DNA of 64,000 bases from positions 669-64,668 of the forward strand of contig JAVETW010000004.1 in assembly GCA_034005865.1 (NCBI GenBank). The letters run 5' to 3'. Every line of letters begins with the position of its first letter. Position 1 is the first letter of the stretch. The notes under the pieces are model-generated. The model did not search any database and had not been told where the DNA came from. It was given only the letters and a program-made list of their open reading frames with translations. This document shows, piece by piece, positions 21,306 through 30,636 of the stretch. This DNA comes from Thiomicrospira sp. Its GTDB lineage: Bacteria > Pseudomonadota > Gammaproteobacteria > Thiomicrospirales > Thiomicrospiraceae. The position numbers and the translations under genes are program-made.

Positions 21306-21581
21306 GCCTACGGATTGGGTTGTTCTGCTGTAAAGCTGATGCGAGGCCGCGCGTTGGGTGTGTTACATACGTGGGTGAAAAAAGTAAACTTAGTGCAAAA
21401 AGTTGTCTTTGTTTATATCGGTGTTTAGTTTGCTTAAATAGGTCTAAAAATCCCCTTATGTACCCATAGAAAATTTGTGGTCGCAATTTGTGCTGAATCG
21501 CGCATGATATGCGAGATAAAATCAAGTTTGGTTTAATGCTTGCTAGTCGAGCGCGAGTTAATAAAAAAACACGGTGTGCTT

Positions 21582-23828
21582 ATGTCGATAAAAATGCGTT
21601 TAATCTTAATGTCGGTCATTATTTTCTTGTCGATCGCGATTTTGACCGCGCTAGGCTATATGGGTAATCAGCGGCTTAAAAATATTATTAATTACAATAA
21701 TGAATTGGCGCAGTTGCGCACCTTGCTAAATGTTGATAACGCCCTGCTTAATATGCATACGCAATATTTATTGACTTTGCAGCATAATCCTAAGCACCCA
21801 GATATCGTGGCAATGCACGACCATCCTGAAACGATGCACTTTAACCAAGTCCAGCAGTTCGAAGCGGGTATGGTGGCGCGGTTGAATGAGTTTGTCGCGC
21901 ATCCGGCGGCGAAGCCTTTTTTAAATAAGGCGCAAGATTTCCAGCAAAAAATTGAGGTATACCGTCAAAGTGTGGCGCAAGGATTGGATTTATTTAAGGC
22001 CGTTGAGTACGACAAGGCGAATTATCATTTGTTGACTAAAATGAATCCTCAGTTGCGTGAGGCGTTAAAAGCCACAGGCGATTTTCGTCAAGATTTGGTG
22101 AAGTTGTCACAGGCAACTCAGGTTGAAGCGGAGGCGTTTGTACGCAGTCAGACCAATTTAATGTTGTTTGTCGGCGCGATTTTTTTGCTGATTTTGGGCG
22201 CCTTGTCTTGGTATATCACACGCTCTATCCAAGGCGGGATAAGCGATACGGTTCAGGCGGTGACGCGCATTGTCGCTTCGATGCAGTTTGATACTCAGCT
22301 TAAACCGCGCAAAGACGAGTTAAATAAACTGGCCAGTGCGCTCAATGAGTTATTTGCTTCGTTGCGTTTAAGTATTAATGAAACCAATAAAGTAGTCGGC
22401 GCGATTGCACAAGGGGAGTTTGATAAGCGAATTCATAGCCAGTTAAACGGCGATTTAGCACTTTTAAAGCAAGGGGTTAATGCCTCGGCAGAAAGCGTCG
22501 CGTTTATGATGAACGAGCTTGAATTGGTAATGAATGCCCTTGATCAAGGGCAATTTGACGTGAAGATGGACGAACGTGTTCCGGTTGGCTTTAGAGAGAA
22601 GGTTGAGCACGCGTTGGAAAACATTAATGTCATTATCCAAGATATCAACCGTGTGATGAGCAAAATGGAGCAAGGCAAGTTTCAGCATCGCGTCGAAGTA
22701 GCGGCGAAGGGCGAGTTAGATGTGCTGAAGAATCGGGTAAACGGTTCATTGCAGGCGTTGGCCGAGGCGATGAGCGAAATTACTGCGGTGACAGTAGCGC
22801 AATCGCAAGGCGATTTAACGCAAACGATTAAGGGGGATTATCATGGTGAGTTGCGCTTGCTCAAAGATGCGATTAACACTACGGTAATGCGTTTGGATGG
22901 CATTGTGTCAGTGGCGGTTGAGGCGGCGCGCATTGTGAATGAAAACTCCAACGAAGTGTCGCAAGGGGCGTTGGATTTGAGTCAGCGAGTACAGGAGCAG
23001 GCCGCTTCGTTGGAGCAAACCTCCAGCGCGATGGAACAGATGAATGCGGCGATTCATAATAATACCGAACACGCGCAAACTGCGACCGAATTGGCCAGTG
23101 AGATGCAAAAAGATACCGCACAAGGCTCGCAGGTGATGCAGCAGACGATTGAGGCGATGAACGCGATTCAGGAGTCGAGCCATAAGATTTCCGATATTGT
23201 GACGTTAATTGACGGTATTGCGTTCCAAACCAATCTGTTGGCGTTGAATGCGGCGGTTGAGGCGGCGCGTGCCGGTGAGCATGGCCGTGGCTTTGCCGTG
23301 GTCGCGGGTGAGGTTCGCGCCTTGGCGCAAAAATCCGCCGAAGCGGCAAAAGATATTAAAACCCTGATTACCGAAAGCGTGACGCGCATTGACCAAGGCA
23401 CCAAGCTGGCTTCGGCTTCAGGCGAAGTGTTTAAGCACGTAACGGAGTCGATTAACGAAGTCACCGGCAAAATTAACCAAATTGCGCACGCATCGAATGA
23501 GCAAACCGTCGGCATTAGCCAAGTGCATCAGGCGATTACCAGTATTGATTCGGTCACGCAGCAAAATGCGGCCTTGGTAGAACAAACTTCGGCAGCGGCG
23601 GAAAGTATGCGTGATCAGGCGACTAACTTGATGGAGAAAATGGCCTTTTTTAAAACCACCAGTGTGCGTCAAGGCGCGCGTCCTAAAGCTTTAGCCGCTA
23701 AAGTAAAACCGGCATCGCTTTCGGCTCCCAGCGAGCAGTCGTTGAAAAAAAACGTGTCGGCGGATAAGAAACCGCTTAACAAGCCTACTGCGCAGGCAGC
23801 GCAAGGTGACGAATGGGCGGAATTTTAA
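21582..23828 (+). CDS. methyl-accepting chemotaxis protein (helical-bundle sensor, five HAMP units, MA domain)
   Basis: It has the same architecture and ends in DEWAEF. The start is uncertain (21540, 21582 or 21594). Confidence 0.9.
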   Translation: MSIKMRLILMSVIIFLSIAILTALGYMGNQRLKNIINYNNELAQLRTLLNVDNALLNMHTQYLLTLQHNPKHPDIVAMHDHPETMHFNQVQQFEAGMVARLNEFVAHPAAKPFLNKAQDFQQKIEVYRQSVAQGLDLFKAVEYDKANYHLLTKMNPQLREALKATGDFRQDLVKLSQATQVEAEAFVRSQTNLMLFVGAIFLLILGALSWYITRSIQGGISDTVQAVTRIVASMQFDTQLKPRKDELNKLASALNELFASLRLSINETNKVVGAIAQGEFDKRIHSQLNGDLALLKQGVNASAESVAFMMNELELVMNALDQGQFDVKMDERVPVGFREKVEHALENINVIIQDINRVMSKMEQGKFQHRVEVAAKGELDVLKNRVNGSLQALAEAMSEITAVTVAQSQGDLTQTIKGDYHGELRLLKDAINTTVMRLDGIVSVAVEAARIVNENSNEVSQGALDLSQRVQEQAASLEQTSSAMEQMNAAIHNNTEHAQTATELASEMQKDTAQGSQVMQQTIEAMNAIQESSHKISDIVTLIDGIAFQTNLLALNAAVEAARAGEHGRGFAVVAGEVRALAQKSAEAAKDIKTLITESVTRIDQGTKLASASGEVFKHVTESINEVTGKINQIAHASNEQTVGISQVHQAITSIDSVTQQNAALVEQTSAAAESMRDQATNLMEKMAFFKTTSVRQGARPKALAAKVKPASLSAPSEQSLKKNVSADKKPLNKPTAQAAQGDEWAEF

Positions 23829-23921
23829 CGAGGCGTAGAATAAATGAACCAGGCCTGGTGATTAAGCGTGCAACGCGCTTAATCTAAGGCTTCTCGTTGC
23901 TATGCTCTTGGGACTATGAAA

Positions 23922-24045
23922 GCATTCTGCGTTATTCCCCCGCCCAGCGGGAGGGGGGCTAGGGGGAGGGAGAATAGCCAGCGTTAGGTTTGACACTTCA
24001 CCCTCACCCAACCCTCTCCCTGAGGGAGAGGGCTTTAAAAAACCG
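23922..24045 (-). repeat. G/C-hairpin repeat, copy A (CCCTCTCCCTGAGGGAGAGGG type)
   Basis: It is the reverse complement of 43366-43486 over about 120 bp. It contains the hairpins CCCTCTCCC-TGA-GGGAGAGGG and CCCCGCCCAGCGGGAGGGG. Confidence 0.7.
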
Positions 24046-24090
24046 CTCACGTTCCTGCTGGGAGAGACCTTGAAAGCATTCATGTAAATT

Positions 24091-24206
24091 CACCTCAGAG
24101 ACACAGAGTCACGAAGAATTTAAAAATAAAGAGGTCTAAATGTTTAAAAAGCATCGTGTTCTTCGTGCCTTCATGTCTCTGTGGTTCAAAAATGAATTGT
24201 CAACAG
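24091..24206 (-). repeat. CACGAAG-module hairpin carrying a MITE-type end
   Basis: CCTCAGAGACACAGAGTCACGAAGAA ... TTCTTCGTGCCTTCATGTCTCTGTGGTTCAAAAATGAATTGTCAACAG. Confidence 0.6.
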
Positions 24207-24235
24207 TCCCTCGTTTTGGCAAATAATCGCAATAT

Positions 24236-24267
24236 AAAAAAGGCGAGTTCGTAAACTCGCCTTTTTT
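24236..24267. terminator. bidirectional rho-independent terminator
   Basis: AAAAAAGGCGAGTT-CGTA-AACTCGCCTTTTTT. The A-run and T-run allow it to serve both the + strand MCP array and the - strand helicase operon. Confidence 0.75.
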
Positions 24268-24280
24268 ATTTGTAGCGTCA

Positions 24281-24296
24281 TAACCAGGCCTGGTTA
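24281..24296. repeat. 16-bp perfect palindrome TAACCAGGCCTGGTTA (CAGGCCTG family)
   Basis: Read directly from the sequence. It overlaps the helicase stop codon at 24294-24296. Confidence 0.9.
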
Positions 24297-25538
24297 GCGC
24301 TTTTTCACGCTTTTAGGTTTGGTTTTGGGTTTGGTTTTAGCCAAGCTTTTCGCTTGTTTTTTCTTATGCGGTTTTTTCGCTGATGGCCCTTTGTTTGGTT
24401 TTAAGCGCGCTTCCAATCCGGCGATTTTGCCGACGGGCAGTTTGCTTTGCAGATGGTATTGAATCCGTTCCAGGCTTTTTAGCTCGTGTCCTTCGACCAG
24501 ACTGATGGCAATGCCGACGTTTTGTGCGCGTCCGGTGCGTCCGATACGGTGAATATAAATATCGCCGCGCAGCGGGAGATCGAAGTTAATAACGTGGGTA
24601 ATATTTAATAAATCTAAGCCGCGTGCGGCGACATCAGTAGCGACGAGCACTTTGATTTTGCCTTCACGAAAACGCTCGACTTTTTCAAGACGTTTAGCCT
24701 GAATAAAGTCGCCATGTAAAACTTGTGCGGAAATAGCTTGCGTGACCAGCCACTCGGTCAGTTGTATGGCGCGTTCTTTTTTGTTACAGAAAACAATCGC
24801 GCTTTGGCAACTCGGGTCGTTGAGAATTGCGGCCAAAAGCGTTTGTTTGTGCGCGCGGTCGTCGGCAAAGTAAACGGCTTGTTGTACTTGAGTGGATTGT
24901 TGATTCGCTGCATCCACTTGAATAATCGTTGGTTCGTCGAGAATGCGTTCGGCAAAGCGCTGAATTCCTGAACCAGCAAGTGTGGCGGAAAAAAGCGCGG
25001 CTTGGAAGCTGGCCGGAATGGCGTCGAGCAGGGCGTATACATCCGGCCCTTGCCCCATGTCCAGCATACGATCCGCTTCGTCAATAATCACCATTTCGAG
25101 GTATTCCAACTCAATATGTTCTTGATTTAAGAGGTTGAGTAAGCGCCCCGGTGTGGCAATCAAAATCTGGAAAGGCTGTTGCAGTTGATCGATTTGGCGA
25201 TTTTGTGCAAAGCCACCGCTAATGACTTTCGAGCGCACGGCCATATTCGTGCTGAGCTCGCGCACAACGGTGCGAATTTGAATCGCTAATTCGCGGGTGG
25301 GCGCTAGCATCAGAATGCGAGGATGCGGGTGAGATTGCGGGTTGTCGATCAGATGTTGTAGCGCGGGGAGGACAAAGGCGGCGGTTTTGCCCGTGCCGGT
25401 GGCGGCACCAGCGAGCACATCTTCGCCGTTCATTAAGGCCGGAATCGCTGCTTGTTGAATCGGTGTCGGTCGGTGGTAATGCACGCTTTCCAGTGCGCGC
25501 AGTAGGCTTGAGTCAAGGTCGAAATCTTCAAATGTCAT
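24294..25538 (-). CDS. DEAD-box ATP-dependent RNA helicase (RhlE/SrmB-like)
   Basis: It has a Q motif (TPIQ), AATGTGKT, DEAD, SAT, HRIGRTGR and a K-rich C-terminal tail. Confidence 0.9.
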   Translation of the reverse strand: MTFEDFDLDSSLLRALESVHYHRPTPIQQAAIPALMNGEDVLAGAATGTGKTAAFVLPALQHLIDNPQSHPHPRILMLAPTRELAIQIRTVVRELSTNMAVRSKVISGGFAQNRQIDQLQQPFQILIATPGRLLNLLNQEHIELEYLEMVIIDEADRMLDMGQGPDVYALLDAIPASFQAALFSATLAGSGIQRFAERILDEPTIIQVDAANQQSTQVQQAVYFADDRAHKQTLLAAILNDPSCQSAIVFCNKKERAIQLTEWLVTQAISAQVLHGDFIQAKRLEKVERFREGKIKVLVATDVAARGLDLLNITHVINFDLPLRGDIYIHRIGRTGRAQNVGIAISLVEGHELKSLERIQYHLQSKLPVGKIAGLEARLKPNKGPSAKKPHKKKQAKSLAKTKPKTKPKSVKKR

Positions 25539-25544
25539 AGCTAA

Positions 25545-26918
25545 TTACTCTTTAATAATTCGGTAGCAGGGTTCGTAGCTGGCGGCGTCGATTTTCATCC
25601 GTTTTTGGCTGACAAAAAAGGCAAGCAGTTCGTCGAGGGCGTGCATAATCTGGGGGTCGCCGACTAGTTCAAATGGGCCATGTTGCGCAATCGCTTGTAT
25701 GCCGGAGGCTTTGACGTTACCGGCAACAATGCCAGAAAAAGCACGGCGTAATTCGCTGGCCAGTTGGTGGACCGGTTGCGCTTTGGTTAAATTGAGTGCG
25801 CGCATATTGGCATGGCTGGGTTCAAACGGGTGTTGCAGTGCTGGGTCGATATGCAATAGCCAGTTGAAGTAGTAAGCATCGCTGGTATTTTTGCGATCGA
25901 GGTGAATCACCTCCATTTGTTGTTTCATTTGTTCGGCGACACTGTCGGCGTTATTAATTTCAATGCTGAGGCGGCGCAAAGCGGTATCGCCAAGCGTTGT
26001 TTTAATAAAGCGCTTTATTTGATCGAAATAATGTTGGCTGTGGTGGTCGCCGGTTAGTATCAGCGGGAATGGCAAGTCGGTATTTTTTGGATGCAGCAGT
26101 ACGCTGAGGATGAATAATAATTCTTCTACTGTGCCTGGGCCGCCGGGAAAAATAATTACGCCGTGGCCTAGGCGCACAAAGGCTTCCAAGCGTTTTTCGA
26201 TGTCCGGCAGAATGACCAGCTCATTGACCACTGCATTCGGTGATTCGGCGGCGATAATGCCGGGTTCGGATAGTCCGATATAGCGCCGATTGTTAAAGCG
26301 TTGGTTGTGATGGCCGACCGCCGCGCCTTTCATCGGGGCTTTCATTACGCCCGGGCCACAACCGGTACAAATATTTAATCGGCGCAAACCCAGCGAATAG
26401 CCAACGTGCTTGGCGTATTCGTACTCATGGCGCGGCACGGCGTGACCACCCCAACATACGACTAGATTGGGGCGTTCATTGGGATGCAGCACTTCGGCGT
26501 TGCGCAAAATATGAAAAACCGCATTGGTGATACCAAAACTGTCGCATAGGTCAAAACAGCCGGATTGGGTAATGTCGTTGCGTGCGTAGATTAAATCACG
26601 CACGACAGCGAAAAGGTGTTCTTTCAAACCAGCAATCAGCTCGCCGTCCACAAATGCACCCGCTGGCGGGTTGGATAGGATGAGTTCAACGCCGCGTCCG
26701 CGCGTGGTCACTTTGATGTCAAAATCCGGGTATTGGTTAAGCAAATGCAAACCGTTATCTTGATCCTGTCCGGTGTTGAGGACCGCCAATGCACATTGAC
26801 GTAATAAATCGTTAAGGCCTTTGTCACTGGTATCACACAGTTGCTCGGCTTCTTGTTGGGAGAGTACTTGCAGCGTACCTTCGGGGCGGATAAAGATTTT
26901 ATTAATAGCAAGAGTCAT
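25545..26918 (-). CDS. ppnN: nucleotide 5'-monophosphate nucleosidase PpnN (LOG family, YgdH-like)
   Basis: VVCWGGH, NICTGCGPGVMKAPMKGAAVGH and PGGPGTVEELL align along the full length with remembered E. coli YgdH. Confidence 0.85.
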   Translation of the reverse strand: MTLAINKIFIRPEGTLQVLSQQEAEQLCDTSDKGLNDLLRQCALAVLNTGQDQDNGLHLLNQYPDFDIKVTTRGRGVELILSNPPAGAFVDGELIAGLKEHLFAVVRDLIYARNDITQSGCFDLCDSFGITNAVFHILRNAEVLHPNERPNLVVCWGGHAVPRHEYEYAKHVGYSLGLRRLNICTGCGPGVMKAPMKGAAVGHHNQRFNNRRYIGLSEPGIIAAESPNAVVNELVILPDIEKRLEAFVRLGHGVIIFPGGPGTVEELLFILSVLLHPKNTDLPFPLILTGDHHSQHYFDQIKRFIKTTLGDTALRRLSIEINNADSVAEQMKQQMEVIHLDRKNTSDAYYFNWLLHIDPALQHPFEPSHANMRALNLTKAQPVHQLASELRRAFSGIVAGNVKASGIQAIAQHGPFELVGDPQIMHALDELLAFFVSQKRMKIDAASYEPCYRIIKE

Positions 26919-26990
26919 AGCGGGCAGTTATTGTTGATAGTGGAAATAGGCGTATTATGCGACTAAAGGCAGGCGAATGAAACGGCTTTG

Positions 26991-27018
26991 TTGAAAAAGC
27001 ACGGCGTTATCCCCATAT
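26991..27018 (+). promoter_or_regulatory. sigma-32 (RpoH)-type heat-shock promoter for cbpA
   Basis: TTGAAA (26991-26996), a 14-nt spacer, then CCCCATAT (27011-27018). This compares with the consensus CTTGAAA-N13-15-CCCCATnT and lies about 70 nt upstream of the cbpA ATG. Confidence 0.55.
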
Positions 27019-27091
27019 TATCGTCAATATTTAGGCGCTTTGATTAAAAGGGGTATTTGAGGTGCTCCTTACATAAAAGGATTTGGCAAGA

Positions 27092-28030
27092 ATGCAATAT
27101 AAAGATTATTACGCGATTTTAGGTGTGGAGCGCGGCGCAAGCGAGGCGGAGATTAAAAAGGCTTATCGCAAGCTGGCGGGTAAATTTCATCCGGATAAGC
27201 CGTCCGGTGATGAGGCTAAGTTTAAAGAAGTGAGCGAGGCTTACGAGGTGTTGAGCGATAAGCAAAAGCGCGCGATGTATGATCAGCTTGGCGCCGGTTA
27301 TCAAAATGGCCAACACTTTGAGCCGCCGCCCGGTTTTGAGTCGATGTTTAGCGGCGGCTTTGGCGACGGCCAAGGCGGGTTTAGCGACTTTTTCGAATCG
27401 TTGTTTCGTGGACAAGGTGGTTTTGGCGGCGGCGGCTTTGGTCGCGGTTTTGGCGGCCAGCGTTATACCCAGCGTGGCGATGATCAGGTGGTGAAGGTGT
27501 TGGTGAGCTTAGAAGAGGCGGTCAATGGCAATGAGCGGATGCTCAATTTGTCGATACCGCAGGCGGACGCGTTGGGGCGTGTTCAAACGAAATCAAAACA
27601 GATTAAGGTAAAAATTCCTGCCGGAATTAAGCAAGGCCAGCGCATTCGCTTGAGCGGCCAAGGCGGTGCCGGTTCTGGCGGTGCGGCAAATGGGGACTTG
27701 TTCTTGGAAATCGATTTACAGGCGCACCCGCTTTATCAGGTTGAGGGAGACAATGTGGTGTTGGCGTTACCGCTTACGCCTTGGGAAGCGGCGCTAGGTA
27801 CTAAGGTGCAGGTGCCGACTTTAAAAGGCGCGGTGAATCTGTCGATTCCGCCCGGCTCGCAATCGGGTAATAAGCTGCGCTTAAAAGGGCGCGGACTGGG
27901 TAAAACGCCGGGCGATCAATACGTGCTGATTCAGATTCATACGCCACCGCCAAGCGATGACGCTCAACAGGTGTTTTATCAGCGTATGAGCGAGCAGTTT
28001 GCTGACTTTAATCCGCGCACGCATTTTTAA
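27092..28030 (+). CDS. cbpA: curved-DNA-binding co-chaperone CbpA (DnaJ-like, no zinc finger)
   Basis: It has a J domain (DYYAILGV...HPDK), a G/F-rich linker, no CxxCxGxG repeats, and a DnaJ C-terminal domain. Confidence 0.85.
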   Translation: MQYKDYYAILGVERGASEAEIKKAYRKLAGKFHPDKPSGDEAKFKEVSEAYEVLSDKQKRAMYDQLGAGYQNGQHFEPPPGFESMFSGGFGDGQGGFSDFFESLFRGQGGFGGGGFGRGFGGQRYTQRGDDQVVKVLVSLEEAVNGNERMLNLSIPQADALGRVQTKSKQIKVKIPAGIKQGQRIRLSGQGGAGSGGAANGDLFLEIDLQAHPLYQVEGDNVVLALPLTPWEAALGTKVQVPTLKGAVNLSIPPGSQSGNKLRLKGRGLGKTPGDQYVLIQIHTPPPSDDAQQVFYQRMSEQFADFNPRTHF

Positions 28031-28037
28031 GCAATGT

Positions 28038-28069
28038 GACCCAGCTTAGCAGGCCTGCTAAGCTGGGTC
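28038..28069. repeat. 32-bp perfect palindrome centred on CAGGCCTG
   Basis: GACCCAGCTTAGCAGG|CCTGCTAAGCTGGGTC, located 8 nt after the cbpA stop. Confidence 0.95.
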
Positions 28070-28124
28070 GTGGCGAAGAGTTATTAGAATATAATGGTTT
28101 TCTAATATTTTTTCACTCTATCTA

Positions 28125-28153
28125 TTGATAAGTAAATTTTATTGCTATATCAT
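28125..28153 (+). promoter_or_regulatory. putative sigma-70 promoter
   Basis: TTGATA, a 17-nt spacer, then TATCAT, about 45 nt upstream of ATG 28199. Confidence 0.35.
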
Positions 28154-28198
28154 AGACTCCGTTAAGTTAATAAATTCAAACGATTAGGAGTATTTGAG

Positions 28199-28414
28199 AT
28201 GATTAAGCAAACCTTTGGAGCTATCGCTTTTATTTGTGTTTCCGGTGTGGCTATGGCTGCAGAAACCGCGCAGCAACCAAGTTGGACGTTTGGTTGCAAA
28301 CTGGATGCGCAAGCAACGCAACAAGTCGAGTCGAAAATTGTTGAAGTAAAGGCAACTGAGCAAAACACGTGGAGTTTTGATGACGCACAAACGCAAACGG
28401 TTGCGTCTCGTTAA
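28199..28414 (+). CDS. small secreted hypothetical protein (71 aa)
   Basis: RBS AGGAG; signal peptide ending AMA-AE; flanked by its own putative promoter and a strong terminator. Confidence 0.6.
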   Translation: MIKQTFGAIAFICVSGVAMAAETAQQPSWTFGCKLDAQATQQVESKIVEVKATEQNTWSFDDAQTQTVASR

Positions 28415-28437
28415 GTAATACGCGCTGCAATACAACG

Positions 28438-28477
28438 AAAAAGCCCGTAACAGATTTATGCTGTTGCGGGCTTTTTT
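28438..28477 (+). terminator. rho-independent terminator
   Basis: AAAAAGCCCGTAACAG-ATTTATG-CTGTTGCGGGCTTTTTT. Confidence 0.8.
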
Positions 28478-28499
28478 GTTTCAAGGCCTTGGTTCGGTA

Positions 28500-28515
28500 T
28501 TAGCAGGCCTGCTAA
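28500..28515. repeat. 16-bp perfect palindrome TTAGCAGGCCTGCTAA
   Basis: Read directly from the sequence. It ends 1 nt from the stop codon of the - strand methyltransferase gene. Confidence 0.9.
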
Positions 28516-28516
28516 C

Positions 28517-29101
28517 TTATTCAAGTTTGGTGCAACGTGAAATCGTGTAATCCTTACCTTGTTTAACCTTTTCGTAATTTCCAAAAACCTCATTAAAATT
28601 ACGTTTCATATAGTCGCGCAGGCCGTTAATCGTTACCACCACCAGCTGGCCGCTGGGGGCGAGTTGGGCGTGAATGTCGTGCAATAAAATACTCAACATC
28701 TCTTTGCCGACTTTCGCCGGAATATTCGACACCACTGTGGTAAATAGCAGGTCTTTTGGTACCGCACTTAATCCGTTAGATAAATAGGCTTTGGCGTGCT
28801 GTAGTCCATTGAGTTGGGCGTTTTTATTGGCGTAGTCTACCGCCACAAAGTCTTTATCCACCATGTGAACTTGGCCTTGTGGTGCGTTGGCTGCAATCGC
28901 CAAACCAATCGGGCCGTAACCGCAGCCGATGTCGAGCGCGATTTCATCAGGTTTAATGTCTAAATGGCGCAATAATAAATCTGTGCCTGAATCGATTTCG
29001 CGTGGGCTGAAAATGCCCCAAGTGGTTTTAAAGGTGAGTGGTTTATCCATCAGTGTGGCTTGAATGGTAAGGTCTTGTTTTAGTTCGGCAATCGTCGCCA
29101 T
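28517..29101 (-). CDS. class I SAM-dependent methyltransferase, small-domain (RsmC/YbxB-like)
   Basis: GIFSPREIDSGTDLLL, motif I DIGCGYGPIG, and motif IV variant SNIPAKVGK. Confidence 0.75.
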   Translation of the reverse strand: MATIAELKQDLTIQATLMDKPLTFKTTWGIFSPREIDSGTDLLLRHLDIKPDEIALDIGCGYGPIGLAIAANAPQGQVHMVDKDFVAVDYANKNAQLNGLQHAKAYLSNGLSAVPKDLLFTTVVSNIPAKVGKEMLSILLHDIHAQLAPSGQLVVVTINGLRDYMKRNFNEVFGNYEKVKQGKDYTISRCTKLE

Positions 29102-29148
29102 TGTGTTCCTCGTTTGTGTTTGGTAATTTTTTTGTTTGTGGTTGGGGG

Positions 29149-29697
29149 TTAATCCAATGCCTTGCGCACCCGGCTAAAGATCAAGCCAAAATCCAATGCA
29201 AACGAACATTCGCCCAGTTCGATAGGGCATTGACCATCAATAAAGTCATTCACTTTAAGGTAGCGCCCCTCTTTTAGCTGATAGACCTTGGCGATGAGTT
29301 TTGTCGGATCAACCAAAATGTAATACGGCACGCCCTCGGTTTGATACAGCTCAAGTTTGGTGGTTCCATCTAAGCGTGCCGTCGAAGGGGACAGTACTTC
29401 GATAATCAGTTCCGGACGCTTGGTGAGGTAGTTTTTAGGCTTGTAGCAAATCACCACCGTGTCGGGTCTGACAACCGTATCATCGTACACACGCCACTCT
29501 GCTTCTTGGATGACCATGCAATCAGCGCAGTTGAGAAGTTGTTGATTTAAATAAGTTGAAAAATGCGTGTTCGTAAATTGATGACTTATCACCGGCGCAG
29601 GCGACATCGCAACCGGAATACCTTGGATTAACTCCCAATCCCCTTCCCATAATTCATAATCTTTGACCGTGTAATGCGGTAAATAGGCTGGATTCAT
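29149..29697 (-). CDS. Uma2-family (DUF820) PD-(D/E)xK-like endonuclease
   Basis: The length and pattern (YELWEGDWELIQG...PELIIEVLSPST...K...Y...GVPYYILVDP) match the remembered Uma2 family. Confidence 0.7.
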   Translation of the reverse strand: MNPAYLPHYTVKDYELWEGDWELIQGIPVAMSPAPVISHQFTNTHFSTYLNQQLLNCADCMVIQEAEWRVYDDTVVRPDTVVICYKPKNYLTKRPELIIEVLSPSTARLDGTTKLELYQTEGVPYYILVDPTKLIAKVYQLKEGRYLKVNDFIDGQCPIELGECSFALDFGLIFSRVRKALD

Positions 29698-29964
29698 GCT
29701 GCACACTCCTTGAGCTTAAAGCTTCACGCCATTGCAATGTGTTTTATCATATTCTACCTTTTAATCATACGATTGGCGCACTCAAAGGCTTTCCTTGGTT
29801 AAATCTTAAAAGATTTTGTTAAATCATTTTAAAAAATCGTATAAAATGCGAATACAACTCCCCCCGTGACCATCTAGTTAAGCTAGCTTGCTCTTGGGGC
29901 GACAAGCCACCTAAGCTCGTCTTCGGTGGCTTTGTCATTTCTAGGGCGCATCTAAGTTGCATGT

Positions 29965-30627
29965 ATGTTAAAAACTCGCGTTTACATTGACGGCTACAAC
30001 CTTTATTACGGCGTGTTACGCAACTCAGCATACAAGTGGCTGGATGTATATAGATTGTTTGCAGAAGGCGTGTTAGACGGCGCAAAAACTGAACTGGACA
30101 ATGTGAGTTATTACACCGCTCCTATTTTGGGGAAAATGTGTGATGATCCTGAATCTCCACAACGCCAGCGTACTTATTTAGCGGCACTCAACAAACGCTA
30201 TCCTCACCAAGTACGAATTGTTCAAGGCAAGCTTATTGCTTCTCGGGTGAAACGCCGTGTTATCGATGGGGTCGCTTGCGGTGAGTTGGTTGAGGTGCTG
30301 GACTTTGAAGAAAAGAAAACCGATGTCAGTATTGCCGTTGATATGTTAGCCGATGCCTTTTCAGGGAGTCTTGAGCAGCTTGTGTTATGCACAAACGACT
30401 CAGATTTAGCTCCGGCGCTTGCAAAAATTAAGCAGCTAAAGCCAGAAGTTCGGATTGGCTTGATTGCGCCGGTTCAAGGTGATGTGCGTAGGGTGTCGAA
30501 CGACCTAAAGCAATATTGTGACTGGCATAAAACCTTATCGCCGTTTCATCTTGTGCAGGCTCAGTTGCCCGAGAAAATCCCACATACTTCAATTAAAAAA
30601 CCTGCAGCATGGTTACTACAAGGTTAA
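29965..30627 (+). CDS. NYN-domain (PIN-like) ribonuclease-family protein
   Basis: It shows an N-terminal VYIDGYNLYY, EEKKTDVSIAVDML, and TNDSDLAPAL. These acidic residues are typical of NYN/LabA-like proteins. Confidence 0.7.
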   Translation: MLKTRVYIDGYNLYYGVLRNSAYKWLDVYRLFAEGVLDGAKTELDNVSYYTAPILGKMCDDPESPQRQRTYLAALNKRYPHQVRIVQGKLIASRVKRRVIDGVACGELVEVLDFEEKKTDVSIAVDMLADAFSGSLEQLVLCTNDSDLAPALAKIKQLKPEVRIGLIAPVQGDVRRVSNDLKQYCDWHKTLSPFHLVQAQLPEKIPHTSIKKPAAWLLQG

Positions 30628-30636
30628 TTTAACGCA

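Noticed and set aside
21055-21525. A 156-aa minus-strand ORF spanning the MCP3 3' end and the terminator
   Set aside because: It overlaps the MCP3 coding sequence and a rho-independent terminator, has an R-rich low-complexity translation, and has no RBS.
17511-23515. Antisense ORFs inside the MCP genes (for example 17511-17726, 20595-20816 and 23168-23515) that share the peptide [20 protein letters not shown]...[25 protein letters not shown]
   Set aside because: Their similarity simply mirrors the conserved signalling-tip sequence of the sense-strand MCP paralogues. They have no independent start or RBS signals and lie entirely within strong sense ORFs.
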